NCBI GenBank assembly: GCA_050950765.1
Contig: JBMNIF010000005.1
Location: forward strand, 32,001 to 96,000
From: Bdellovibrionota bacterium
GTDB taxonomy: Bacteria > Bdellovibrionota_C > UBA2361 > JAAYZI01
Length of the DNA: 64,000 nucleotides
Direction of reading: 5' to 3'
Shown one piece after another: positions 18,129 through 28,035 of the stretch; the stretch's first letter is position 1; the number at the start of each line of letters is the position of its first letter. The notes beneath the pieces are model-generated. The model saw nothing but the letters and a program-made list of their open reading frames with translations. It did no database searches and was not told the origin of the DNA. The position numbers and the translations under genes are program-made.

Positions 18129-21100
18129 TACATTTTATCCTTTCAGAGAGAGGACGACGAGCTTTCAACCTCCTTCTAGCATCACCTATCTTTTTTACTG
18201 TTTTCCCATGTGCGATAAGAACGTTTTCAGGTTTATCACTTTTCCCCTGAACATCATTTAACTCAAAGATATGATTTTTAAGTGCATCAATAGCCCAATC
18301 ATCAAGGGGAACTCTAAAAACTCGCATATCAGCTACATAACGTAAAAGCCCACTCCACTTTTCTGGCTCTTTAGAAACCCCAAATAACAAAATATCTGGA
18401 TAGCTAGATCGTAGCTGTTTTACAAAACTAACAATACGCTCCCCAACATCTTCAATATTTATGAGTAGTATCTTAGGCACAGCAACACTACTCATCTGAT
18501 TAAGGAGATCTTCTATCTGGGTAAAATGAACTATCTCTAGATCATTGCCTTCCAGTAATGATGAGATCCTCCTCTTAATATTACCCTTTTGATCCAAGAC
18601 AAAGATCTGCTGAGCGTGTGTCGCCTCATCTAGAGCAGCCATTGTCATTTTTTTCACAGGAAGAAAGATGCTTAAAACAGTTCCGAGACCTTTTGTGCTT
18701 TTTACCGTTAAAACACCTTGATGTTGCCTTACGATAGAATACGCCAATGCTAAACCTAATCCTGTCGGGCGTACTCCAAGACCGGTATTCAGATCGATAT
18801 CTTTTGTCGTGAAGAAAGGCTCAAAGCAACGCGAGAGCGTCTCCTGATCCATACCCTTACCATTATCAATCACACTGATGCAGATATACTTCCCTACCTT
18901 TATAGCAGGATCAACCTCTCCGTCTTTCAGATCTAATACGCGTAATTTTATTTTAACTAACGGATTCTGTTTCCCTCTAACAGCCTCATAAGCATTAGTG
19001 ATTAAACTTAAGATAACTTGTTGCATCTGTCCGTAATCTGCTTCGATCTGAAGATAATCTAGCGCCTGTTGACTCTCTACTTTTATATTAAGGTTATGAA
19101 TCGAGGTAAAAAACTTAAGCGAATCATTAATCAGCGCTAAAACAGAGAGGTTCTTAACATCTATGGAGACCTGCTGAGTTAAGATCATCATCTGTCGAAT
19201 TAAACCTGCTGCTCTTTCAGTAGCTTTTGAGATATCTTTAGCGGCTTTTCCGACAGGCGAATCTTCACTACTTTGCATCTCGATTAAGGCAGCTTGCCCC
19301 ATCACAGCTTGTAGTAAATTATTAAAGTTGTGTGCCACGCCCGATGCTAACAACCCTATGCTGCGCATTTTTTTAGATTCAGCTCTCCTATTTTTAAGTT
19401 GGCTTGCTAAAATAGCGTTCGCTACTTCGGCAACTATGCTTTGCAACAGAGCCATATTTAAACGTGTGAAGGTGTTGATGGGTAGATCAGGTTCGATAGC
19501 AAAAATCCCGATGACCTTCCCACCAAAAATAAGAGGAACTAACAACAAGGAATCTATCTGAAGTCGTTTAAAAATACGTAACAATCCGAGGTGCTTTATA
19601 TCTGCAGCACTATTTAAGATCGTACTACTTTTATTGTTGATAATCTGATTTAAAATAGAGTTGTTGGAATGTTCTAAATTGATACTTAAATTAAGGAGTT
19701 TTTCTTTTAATCCTTCTCCAATTCCTCCTTGCCCTGTTAAGGTAGTTCCAGATTCATCCAAAATTCCGAGCCAAACTCTTTTGCAATTCAACTCTTCCTT
19801 CAGAAGAGAGAAGGAATATTTAGCGATCTGCCGAATCGTTGTTAGTTCCGAAAGGGCGCGCGCTACACGGTATAAAGTAGCTATCATTTTAATCTGTCGC
19901 TTCTCTGCTAAAACGCTCTCGGCTTTATGTATAGCAATAGCGGTTTGACTTGCCGCAGCAGAGATAAACTTCAAATTAAAGTTTGAAAAAGCATCTTCCT
20001 TTTTATGAAAGATAATAAGTGCTCCTAATACAAAAGGAGCTTTGTTTTTCTTATTTACAAAAGATAGCGGGATTACAACAGCAGACCTTAACCCGTCCAT
20101 AGCAGCTAAGCTAATATCACGGTGTGTAGTGTTGTTAATATCTTTAATATATAGCCCTCGATTTTCTGTTACCGTCTTTTTAACTAAACTGTCACTATTT
20201 AAGTATCTTGAGCTCTCTGATAAATATTTTTGAGACAAGCCGTGCGTTGTTAAAAGTTCCACAGAATTTAAATTATTATTATGCAATGCAATATATCCAG
20301 CAGCTGCGCCAAGTGTAGAGATAATAGTTTTTAAGCTGCTATTTGCAATCTGTTCAGGATCACTTTGCGCTTGCACAGATAAGGAGATATTATAAAGAGC
20401 TTCGACATTTTTCCTTTGGAGATATGATTTTTTTTCAGCGTTGTATCTCTCTGTAATATCAAATCCGAGGATCTCCCACCCTACAAGTTCTTTTTCATTA
20501 TTGTATAAAGGGATAATAGTAACGGCTGCACAACTGATATTATTCGTTTGTTGATTAAGTATTTTAATTTCGCAGTTTAGTTTTTGAGGTGTTTTCATTC
20601 TACCAAAAGCGCGTTTGATAGTACGTAGATCTGACGGATCTATAAAACTATCCCAAACTTCAGAATTATTAAGTAAAAATAGTGATGAAACTCCGAAGGT
20701 AGCTTCTGCGTCACCATAAACATTGGTTATATTCCAATTTTGATCCGTGCGAATCATAAGGAGGTCGCCTGTATTACGCACAGCATCCAATACCTTCCAA
20801 GAAGAGGTAGAAGCGTCTTGCGAAATCTCTTCAGTAGTGCGATACCCTTCGAGATTCTTATACTTTTCCTCACAGAATAAAGCACAGAACTCACTCATCT
20901 GTTCCAAGAAAAGTCTTTCATTCTTTGACCAAGTACAATGTTTTTTAAAAAATCGGCACTCTATCCAACCTGCCAATCGATTTTTATGATAGATCGGAAC
21001 TATCCCTAAAGAACGTGTGCCATACTGCATCTCTAAAGCAACGAATTCGACGGGGAGATTTGAACCTTGTAAGACCTTACAAAAACTCGGCACTTCAACG

Positions 21101-21345
21101 TGCATATTGTGAAAAAGGAATTCATTATTAACTATATTTAATAACGTTTTCTGTTGATTCGGTCTTGAAGAATAAGCAAGGACATCTCCGTTAGCTGCTG
21201 CATAATTGATATAAATCAGATCTGCTTGAAGAACTCTCATGATCTCTTTTGCGATATGTTGCAGCACAAGATCAGGGCTATCTAAATCTGTCAAAGAAAC
21301 CCTAATTTGATGTAGTAGTTGCGTTGTAGCATTTTCGAAGCTCAT
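18121..21345 (-). CDS. Multi-sensor (GAF/PAS/GAF/GAF) histidine kinase with degenerate receiver-like C-terminus
   Basis: H-box GVAHNFNNLL, N-box LITNAYEA, DNGKGM, FEPFFTTK, GLGLA; PAC-like GFDITER. Confidence 0.9.
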   Translation of the reverse strand: MSFENATTQLLHQIRVSLTDLDSPDLVLQHIAKEIMRVLQADLIYINYAAANGDVLAYSSRPNQQKTLLNIVNNEFLFHNMHVEVPSFCKVLQGSNLPVEFVALEMQYGTRSLGIVPIYHKNRLAGWIECRFFKKHCTWSKNERLFLEQMSEFCALFCEEKYKNLEGYRTTEEISQDASTSSWKVLDAVRNTGDLLMIRTDQNWNITNVYGDAEATFGVSSLFLLNNSEVWDSFIDPSDLRTIKRAFGRMKTPQKLNCEIKILNQQTNNISCAAVTIIPLYNNEKELVGWEILGFDITERYNAEKKSYLQRKNVEALYNISLSVQAQSDPEQIANSSLKTIISTLGAAAGYIALHNNNLNSVELLTTHGLSQKYLSESSRYLNSDSLVKKTVTENRGLYIKDINNTTHRDISLAAMDGLRSAVVIPLSFVNKKNKAPFVLGALIIFHKKEDAFSNFNLKFISAAASQTAIAIHKAESVLAEKRQIKMIATLYRVARALSELTTIRQIAKYSFSLLKEELNCKRVWLGILDESGTTLTGQGGIGEGLKEKLLNLSINLEHSNNSILNQIINNKSSTILNSAADIKHLGLLRIFKRLQIDSLLLVPLIFGGKVIGIFAIEPDLPINTFTRLNMALLQSIVAEVANAILASQLKNRRAESKKMRSIGLLASGVAHNFNNLLQAVMGQAALIEMQSSEDSPVGKAAKDISKATERAAGLIRQMMILTQQVSIDVKNLSVLALINDSLKFFTSIHNLNIKVESQQALDYLQIEADYGQMQQVILSLITNAYEAVRGKQNPLVKIKLRVLDLKDGEVDPAIKVGKYICISVIDNGKGMDQETLSRCFEPFFTTKDIDLNTGLGVRPTGLGLALAYSIVRQHQGVLTVKSTKGLGTVLSIFLPVKKMTMAALDEATHAQQIFVLDQKGNIKRRISSLLEGNDLEIVHFTQIEDLLNQMSSVAVPKILLINIEDVGERIVSFVKQLRSSYPDILLFGVSKEPEKWSGLLRYVADMRVFRVPLDDWAIDALKNHIFELNDVQGKSDKPENVLIAHGKTVKKIGDARRRLKARRPLSERIKCNG

Positions 21346-22139
21346 ATTTTTTCCCTTTTGCTACAATCTTCAACTACAATAACTTTAGATCTCCGCACTC
21401 TGGCTATAATCTCTTCTCTTAGTAACGCTTGATGTGCTGCCATACGTGCAGATTTCATCTGAGGATCACCTTCAGATTCTTTATTTTCATCTTTAAGCTC
21501 TTCAAGTGACATCATCGTTTCTTTCTTGAATTTCTTACGATTCAAAAAAACTTCTAACCCTGCACAGACAAGAAGGATTGATGCACTTAAAAGAAAGAGC
21601 TTTCTTATGACCGCATCAAAAAAAAGAAGCTTATCTTGTTGCGAAAGTGTTAGTATCAGAGGGATACGCAAAATAAGTTCACGAATGCCGAAAAAAAGAA
21701 AGGCTAAAACACAGAAAACAATAAACAACTTTATTAAATTTTGTTTGATGCCTCCAAAGATCTTTTTAGATCCGTTTGCAAGAGAAACTCGTGAGAGCTG
21801 CGCTGCAAGTGGTTTTGACTCAAAACTGATGCCACCAATTTGCACACCATCACTGATTGTAGCCAAAACAGCAGCTAACACTAAACAACTCCCTACACCT
21901 TTAACACCAACAGAAAACGCAAAACCTAGCGCCTCCTTAATATGAGAATATCCTCCGAGTAAAGCGTATTCTAACACCATTTTAAAATCTATCCAAATCT
22001 CTCCCAGTCCGTAATATATTGAAATTAAAAGGGATATTACAACGATACTTTGCGTAAAAAGAGGAGATTTCGGATTTTGACCATCTTCACGAGCTTTTTT
22101 TAGTTTTTTACGGCTAGCAGCAAAACGTTTTTCCGACAT
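21342..22139 (-). CDS. flhB: FlhB/SctU export-gate switch protein, N-terminal part only (no NPTH, no CC domain)
   Basis: EKRFAASRKKLKKAREDGQNPKS, four TMs, MMSLEELKDENKESEGDPQMK; ends VIVVEDCSKREKI; ATG at 22139 has an AAGGAG RBS. Confidence 0.88.
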   Translation of the reverse strand: MSEKRFAASRKKLKKAREDGQNPKSPLFTQSIVVISLLISIYYGLGEIWIDFKMVLEYALLGGYSHIKEALGFAFSVGVKGVGSCLVLAAVLATISDGVQIGGISFESKPLAAQLSRVSLANGSKKIFGGIKQNLIKLFIVFCVLAFLFFGIRELILRIPLILTLSQQDKLLFFDAVIRKLFLLSASILLVCAGLEVFLNRKKFKKETMMSLEELKDENKESEGDPQMKSARMAAHQALLREEIIARVRRSKVIVVEDCSKREKI

Positions 22140-22143
22140 TTTT

Positions 22144-22884
22144 TTACTCCTTGATAAGTATAGAAAACGGTTGAGCCGCTGCCTGAATACCTTCTTGGAG
22201 GTTCCAATTTTCAAAAAGTAAAATTAGTAGAGTAAATAGAGCAATTGATTTTATTAAGAATCCTTCCTGAGAGAGATTAAAGGTAGGTAGGATTTTACCA
22301 ATGATAGCGAATCCCCAATCACAAACGAGAAAGAGCACTCCAAAGGGAAGATAGATCAGAAAGCAATTATTAAGGTAGACTATAATATCATGCAGCAGTT
22401 GGGGTGAATATTGTAAAAAATCGGCAAATCCAATTTTTCCTGGAGCATATATCGATACAGTGCTGATAAAGAAGATTAAGAGATTATCACCTACACCACC
22501 TATTAAAAAAAGTGTTATCAAGAGATTCCGCGCATAGACACTTAGGATCGATCTTTGCGTATTGGATAGAGGATCGTAGATCGCTGCCATCTGTTGTCCA
22601 CGTCCTGTATCCAGTAGTTCAGTTAAAAATGTAGCTACCTCGATGGAAAGCATTACAGGTAACGCCATTATCGAACCGAGTACAACTTCCAAGAAAACAT
22701 TTAAGGCAGAGAGGTCTCCTATCACCTCATTACTATTAAAAACAGGTATTGAAAGAAGTGTTAAAAACAACGCCAAAGTGCTTTTTTTAACGATACCACC
22801 TACGCCGCTTCCCAACGGCAAAAATGCAGCTAGAGCAGAGGCTCGCATGAATAGTAACGCTAAAAAATGAAAAGACGGGATCAC
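22144..22884 (-). CDS. fliR: Type III export gate FliR/SctT
   Basis: Hydrophobic; LLDTGRGQQMAAIYDP motif; position in a P-Q-R-B cluster. Confidence 0.85.
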   Translation of the reverse strand: MIPSFHFLALLFMRASALAAFLPLGSGVGGIVKKSTLALFLTLLSIPVFNSNEVIGDLSALNVFLEVVLGSIMALPVMLSIEVATFLTELLDTGRGQQMAAIYDPLSNTQRSILSVYARNLLITLFLIGGVGDNLLIFFISTVSIYAPGKIGFADFLQYSPQLLHDIIVYLNNCFLIYLPFGVLFLVCDWGFAIIGKILPTFNLSQEGFLIKSIALFTLLILLFENWNLQEGIQAAAQPFSILIKE

Positions 22885-23147
22885 GACATCTTCCCTAAAA
22901 AAGCTAGCCCCTGCAAACTCTCTTCAATAAAACGCAAAAGTATACCGGAAAATATTTCAGATCCGAGCCAAAGGATCAGAGAGAGTGTCAGAAATTTAAC
23001 AACATAACTGATCGATTGCTCCTGAATCTGAGTTAATGCCTGTAAAATGGCAACCAACAAACCTGAAATGCAGCAGATTAGTAGTGGAACTAAGGAGCAG
23101 ATAATAATTATTAGGAAACTCTCTTTTATAAATCCATCTAAAAACAT
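22881..23147 (-). CDS. fliQ: Type III export gate FliQ/SctS
   Basis: GLLVAILQALTQIQEQSISYVVK signature. Confidence 0.93.
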   Translation of the reverse strand: MFLDGFIKESFLIIIICSLVPLLICCISGLLVAILQALTQIQEQSISYVVKFLTLSLILWLGSEIFSGILLRFIEESLQGLAFLGKMS

Positions 23148-23160
23148 TTTTACGCACTCC

Positions 23161-23811
23161 TTAAAGATTATAAGAGACGATCAAGCTGCGACTTAACAAC
23201 AACCAGCCATCAGAAATTACAAAGAAAAGAAGTTTCAGCGGAAGTGAGATCATGGCGGGACTAAGCATATACATCCCCATCCCCGCCAAGATATTTGACA
23301 CAATTAAGTCAATCACCAAGAAGGGTAATAACAGTATAAATCCCATCGCAAACGCCTCTTTCAATTCAGTCAAGAGGAAGGCAGGGATTAAGACCCAAGC
23401 AGTGATCTGATCTTCAGAGCCTTCTTTAAGTGTGGCGGCTTGTAGTGTTGCAAGCTCATGTTCCCCCGCATGTTGCTGCATAAACTCACGCCACGGTTCA
23501 AAAAGTGGTTGAAGTTTTTTTAAGGTGCTCAAATTTGGTGCAAGTTCTGTTTTTGATTGAGAGATGAGGTCTACTCCTTGTAAGCTTTTATCAATGGTCG
23601 AACCCATAATAAGGAGCGTTAACGCCAGAGAAAGTGCCATCACAACCAAATTACTCGGTGCATGTTGAGTACCGAGTCCATTCCGCAACATCCCTAAGAC
23701 AATGCTGATCTTCAGATAAGATGTGCAGATACCGATCGCTATCGGAATTAAAGCAAACGCCAGTGCAGTAATAACTAACCAATACGGATGAAGAGATGTT
23801 ATTTGATTCAT
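23161..23811 (-). CDS. fliP: Type III export gate FliP/SctR
   Basis: TSYLKISIVL, LIPAFLLTELKEAF, LLPFLVIDL, GMYMLSP, PLKLLFFVISDGW; no obvious cleavable signal peptide (SctR-like). Confidence 0.95.
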   Translation of the reverse strand: MNQITSLHPYWLVITALAFALIPIAIGICTSYLKISIVLGMLRNGLGTQHAPSNLVVMALSLALTLLIMGSTIDKSLQGVDLISQSKTELAPNLSTLKKLQPLFEPWREFMQQHAGEHELATLQAATLKEGSEDQITAWVLIPAFLLTELKEAFAMGFILLLPFLVIDLIVSNILAGMGMYMLSPAMISLPLKLLFFVISDGWLLLSRSLIVSYNL

Positions 23812-23823
23812 TATTACTCCCGA

Positions 23824-24072
23824 TTATTTATCCTTTAAAAGTTGCGTTTGATTGTTGTTAATACTTAAGAGGAGTTTTTCTCCCTCGTATTCAACAACAA
23901 GTAATTTAGTTGAAGAGCTACATTGCAGAGCATCTAAGATTTTTAGTAGCCGTTTACCATCACCTCCCTTAATTCCGTTTTTATAATATTTAACTATAAA
24001 AAGGAGAGCGCCTAAGAAGAGACAAAAAAAAGATAGCTGCACAGCTAAGTTAATCACCTTACTTCCTCCCAT
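23824..24072 (-). CDS. FliO-like small membrane protein
   Basis: One TM then LKILDALQC..KLLVVEYEGEKLLLSI; directly upstream of fliP. Confidence 0.65.
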   Translation of the reverse strand: MGGSKVINLAVQLSFFCLFLGALLFIVKYYKNGIKGGDGKRLLKILDALQCSSSTKLLVVEYEGEKLLLSINNNQTQLLKDK

Positions 24073-24961
24073 AAACTTTTAAACTGTTTAAATTTATTCC
24101 GGCATCCCGCAGAGCTTGAGAGATCTCTCTGGTGTTATTCCACAACGACAAGCGATGTTTTAGGAGTTGAGGAATTATCTCTATCTGAAGTGCTTGTTTA
24201 TTGCCGCTTTTAATATGTACGGCTATCTGTGAGTTATCTGTCGTTAGGTAGGTAATATCTATGTTTTCAACTCCGTTAATCTTCTGCTTCGAAATATAAT
24301 CTATATTTGCTTTTAAGAGTTGTTGATTAGTAAATGTACTTTGTGCTGAAGCTGCGTGGTTATCATTACTTGAAGTTGTAAATGATCCCTGCCCTGTATT
24401 AGAAGAAGGTGTTTCTGAATTAAACGAGACCTGATTTTGATTAAAAACAGAATTACCTAAATCTTCTATGATCTTGTCACAATCTTGAATAACATCAGAA
24501 CCTAGTTCAGATTCTGATAACACTTTACCAAGATCGGCAGAGACACTTTCTTCGCAGGCTGCCTCATCTAAAGACTCTGCCTTTTTGTTTTCTAAGGCAG
24601 TAACTTTTGAAAGTATTTTTTCTTCTCGATCTATAATTTTATTAAGCTTATTAGCGAGTGTTTTATATTCAACTCTCTGCGTGTTAATTGAAAGTTTTAA
24701 TTTATTAAGTATTGTTTCTGTTTTTGAAAGCTTAGTGGTGTAATTCTTGTTTAGAGCGATAATTAAACGTGGATCTTTTTCGGTAGAGTTGATTTTCTTT
24801 AGCGATTCTCTGATCTTATTAAATCCAAGACGAGTACTTTGATACTTCTTTTCAACAGCGACTAGATTTCTCCCACTAATGGCGAGTTTATTTTCATAAA
24901 TGCGGCGCTCAAAGTGTAGTTGTCGCTCCCGTAATTCAAGCCTTTTTGCTTCTAAATCCAT
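24059..24961 (-). CDS. Coiled-coil protein with FliK/SctP-like C-terminal domain
   Basis: Long K/E-rich heptad N-terminus, S/T/N/Q-rich linker, C-terminus ISQALRDAGINLNSLKV resembling hook/needle length-control domains. Confidence 0.45.
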   Translation of the reverse strand: MDLEAKRLELRERQLHFERRIYENKLAISGRNLVAVEKKYQSTRLGFNKIRESLKKINSTEKDPRLIIALNKNYTTKLSKTETILNKLKLSINTQRVEYKTLANKLNKIIDREEKILSKVTALENKKAESLDEAACEESVSADLGKVLSESELGSDVIQDCDKIIEDLGNSVFNQNQVSFNSETPSSNTGQGSFTTSSNDNHAASAQSTFTNQQLLKANIDYISKQKINGVENIDITYLTTDNSQIAVHIKSGNKQALQIEIIPQLLKHRLSLWNNTREISQALRDAGINLNSLKVYGRK

Positions 24962-24984
24962 AACGCCTCCCCTCGCCTAACTTT

Positions 24985-25281
24985 TTATTGTCCGTTTTGA
25001 AGTTTGCGAAAAGTTCCTGAAGCACTTTCAGCAGCTTTTGAGATCAACTCGACTTTTAAGAAATAATTACCTGCTTTAACCTGATACATAAAAAGATCTT
25101 TCGGTGTAAGAGAGCTACCTTTCTCCAACTCCTGATAAACACCTTGTATCTCTTGATAGAAATCTTTTTGAGCGCTCTGCTGCACCTGATTTAAGACTTC
25201 GCCGAACCCTCTCGAACTACCTTTTTGAGAAACAATAATTTCTTTGCTAGGCGATATGTTTTTTATACCCTCTATCTTCAT
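24985..25281 (-). CDS. SctI (YscI/HrpB/EscI)-like inner-rod protein
   Basis: C-terminal LTPKDLFMYQVKAGNYFLKVELISKAAESASGTFRKLQNGQ fits the SctI C-terminal pattern; first gene of the export operon. Confidence 0.6.
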   Translation of the reverse strand: MKIEGIKNISPSKEIIVSQKGSSRGFGEVLNQVQQSAQKDFYQEIQGVYQELEKGSSLTPKDLFMYQVKAGNYFLKVELISKAAESASGTFRKLQNGQ

Positions 25282-25467
25282 AGGAAACTCCGTAATTTAT
25301 ACGTCGTATCCTTTAAATTGAATTGAAACTCACCGCCTAAAGGACACAACATTTAGTGATGTGGTGTCTTTATCGCAAAGAAAGAAGATTTCTTTCCTCT
25401 GAGAGAGGGGATTTTTGCAATCTCTTTAAAAAAGAGGTTTTTTAGAGGAGTGATAAACCAGAATATA

Positions 25468-25878
25468 TTAGTTCTGTTTTTTATTTGCAGCATCAGCGAT
25501 AGCATCTACGGCAGCCGCATTAAAGGCACGTTGCTGACGAATAAAGTCTTTTAGAAGAACTTGTAAAATAGGGAAAAGCATCTTTTTAACACCTACAATT
25601 ACGGGTCCAATCACCTTTCTGTGTGAGGTTATCTCTCTATTTTTTAATGAGACATCCCATAATTGACATAAGCGACGAAGCTTCTCCAGAGTCTTATCAG
25701 ATACATCTAGAGATCCAGAGGTAAGGTGCAAATTCATCTTAGAGATATAACTAACATCTGCTGCGCTATAATCACCGGCTGCGATACGGTTTTGAACTTT
25801 TTCATCAAGAGCGGTAGAAAAAACGGAATCCGACTCACCAGTAATTGTAAACCAATCTGCACCTTGTTGCGTTTTCAT
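25468..25878 (-). CDS. Hypothetical protein
   Basis: Clean ORF with RBS; SHRKVIGPVIVGVKK..FIRQQRAFN segment resembles helical modules of polysaccharide-modifying enzymes. Confidence 0.6.
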   Translation of the reverse strand: MKTQQGADWFTITGESDSVFSTALDEKVQNRIAAGDYSAADVSYISKMNLHLTSGSLDVSDKTLEKLRRLCQLWDVSLKNREITSHRKVIGPVIVGVKKMLFPILQVLLKDFIRQQRAFNAAAVDAIADAANKKQN

Positions 25879-25953
25879 AGATATCCCCTTCTCACTTTAA
25901 AAGGCTCATGCCGTGACAATTTAACCCGATTCTTTAGAAGTGTACAGCTAAAG

Positions 25954-26883
25954 CTAGAACTTATGGCGTTGTAATTCAAGCCAACGCAACTTATAAAAGT
26001 CGTTTCTGGAGGTGATATAACCACTTTCCAAGCCCGCTATGGCCGAAATAATAATTCCAGCTGCATTTAAAATTCGATAACTCGGAGTATAAAACGTTGT
26101 GCCATTGGTAAAGTAAACCTCTCCACGCTTAACGGCGGGAATATCTTCCCAATACGGGAACTCTTCCAATACTTTAAATGATCGGGCTGAATCTTCGACA
26201 TTCATTCCTTCAGGGGCTATTATTATAACATCAGGACGAAATGATAAGATATCAGACCACTCAACCTCATAGTTTCCTCGTCCTGTTGTTTCTGCCTGAC
26301 TAATTGCTGAAGTTAGTCGAATTATATCAGGTATCCATAACGCTGCTAATTTAAGTGGTGCGATACTTGAAAGGATTGTAACCCTTTTATTATGAACTCT
26401 TTCATAAAAGCTACTGGTCCAACACTGGATTTGTGCCTTCACTAAGTTATAAATTTTTATCCCCATTGCAGGTACTGCTAGGTCTTTAGCCAGTTGCTGG
26501 TACATCTGATAGACGCCTTCTAAAGTGCGTGGGTTGTAAACTTTTAATTTAATCCCGTAATTAAAGTCCTCCTGTAAGACCTCTTCCATCTCTCGTCTTT
26601 TTTGTTCTTGGAGATCGTACTTTTTTTCATCAAAGAGCTCTCCACCAACCTTGTCAGGAAATCTGGTTAAAATAATATCAGGCGTAACAGTTTTTATCTC
26701 TGTAAGAAGAACTTCATCATGCGAAAGTGTTACGGGAGTACCCTTTGGATCGCGAGTCACCACACGACACTCTTTCAACTTTTCAGGGTATGTTGAACGG
26801 TGTGAAACTCCTACAATGTCAGCAGTTAAGTCAAAAGAAACCGCCAATTCTGCTAAAAATGGCTCAAGTGCGACAATTTTCAT
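25954..26883 (-). CDS. BtuF-like (cobalamin/Fe-siderophore) substrate-binding protein
   Basis: MKIVALEP, IVGVSH, PDVIIIAP, WEDIPAVKRGEVY helical-backbone receptor motifs; no signal peptide. Confidence 0.75.
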   Translation of the reverse strand: MKIVALEPFLAELAVSFDLTADIVGVSHRSTYPEKLKECRVVTRDPKGTPVTLSHDEVLLTEIKTVTPDIILTRFPDKVGGELFDEKKYDLQEQKRREMEEVLQEDFNYGIKLKVYNPRTLEGVYQMYQQLAKDLAVPAMGIKIYNLVKAQIQCWTSSFYERVHNKRVTILSSIAPLKLAALWIPDIIRLTSAISQAETTGRGNYEVEWSDILSFRPDVIIIAPEGMNVEDSARSFKVLEEFPYWEDIPAVKRGEVYFTNGTTFYTPSYRILNAAGIIISAIAGLESGYITSRNDFYKLRWLELQRHKF

Positions 26884-27109
26884 ATTTAAACCCTTCGATA
26901 CAAGGTCTACTTCTACAAAAGTTTAGATGTAAGATATTATAGAATTGTTTCTCAAAACGAGAAAATATCAATAAAATAAAGATATTATAAATTAGTCAAA
27001 AATACCGCCGCTCCCTTCCTGAATAGGTTAAAACCATTACTAAAAAGTTTTTGTATCTGATTATTCTAACTAAACATCTAACGGGAGTATCTTCTAAAAA
27101 GGCAAGACT

Positions 27110-28012
27110 ATGAGAAAAACACATCTTTATACCATTTGTGTGGCGTTAATACTAAGCGGTGTTATTGCGTGTTCAAGTAATCAAGTTGGATATCTCGGGT
27201 TGATGGACAAAGGTGTTTTACCACTTAGTGCAGAGAACGCCTTCCTTGGTGCAAATATATTTTTAGCTCGAGAGATGGAAAAAGATGATACCTTAATGGC
27301 TTTTTTCCGTTCGCACGGTGCTCCCAGTGCGATTGAGTTAAAAAGCAACACCTTTAAGAGTGACCAGCTAATCCTTTACTATGCGCACGAAGGTTCGTTT
27401 TATAATGGGAACCCTGTTATTGATGAATATAACTCTAGACACTGGATCTTCAGAGGTCCCTATAAGATGCCTTGGTATAAAGCTAAAAAGATGCAGCCTT
27501 TAGTTAGAAATAAATCTCCTGAAGCTGTTTTTTATATTCGTGGAGAATACCAAAGATTTAATAAAGATGGGGTTGAAGATCGCCACATTGTGCAAGTTAT
27601 CTTACCGACACCTGTAAAAACACCGACTCCAAAACCAGTCATAAGAAAGAGACCTAAATGGAGACCACAACGGGCGAGCACTACGGTTGTTAAAGCGACC
27701 AGCACCCCTACCCCTGCGCCTGAATTGAATCCATTAGATTTTCAAAAACTTAACGCAGATCAACGTGCTTTATTGATGGCAAAAGGGTTTGCACCTCGTG
27801 CAGAAAATGGTGATGTTATCCATATAGTCAAACGTGAAGATGAAACTTTGGCAGCTATTGGAAGTTGGTATACAGGTTCATCAGAGAACGCCTCAACTAT
27901 TGCAACTCAGAACGGGCTTTCTCCTGATGCTATCCTTTCGCCTGGAAATCAGATCCGAGTGCCGTTACACCTCCTAAAAAATAATAAGTTTATGCCGCAC
28001 GATTATAAGTAA
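27110..28012 (+). CDS. LysM-domain lipoprotein
   Basis: Lipobox VIAC, P/T-rich linker, C-terminal HIVKREDETLAAIGSWYTG..NGL..LSPGNQIRVP. Confidence 0.8.
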   Translation: MRKTHLYTICVALILSGVIACSSNQVGYLGLMDKGVLPLSAENAFLGANIFLAREMEKDDTLMAFFRSHGAPSAIELKSNTFKSDQLILYYAHEGSFYNGNPVIDEYNSRHWIFRGPYKMPWYKAKKMQPLVRNKSPEAVFYIRGEYQRFNKDGVEDRHIVQVILPTPVKTPTPKPVIRKRPKWRPQRASTTVVKATSTPTPAPELNPLDFQKLNADQRALLMAKGFAPRAENGDVIHIVKREDETLAAIGSWYTGSSENASTIATQNGLSPDAILSPGNQIRVPLHLLKNNKFMPHDYK

Positions 28013-28035
28013 TATCTATTAAGATTAGGTGAATT

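Noticed and set aside
19328..21945. Several + strand ORFs of 60-140 aa opposite the kinase and flhB (and similar antisense ORFs elsewhere)
   Set aside because: Shadow ORFs of well-supported genes, with no recognisable motifs.
22140..22214. Upstream start for flhB at 22214
   Set aside because: It overlaps fliR; ATG 22139 has a good RBS and matches the family N-terminus.
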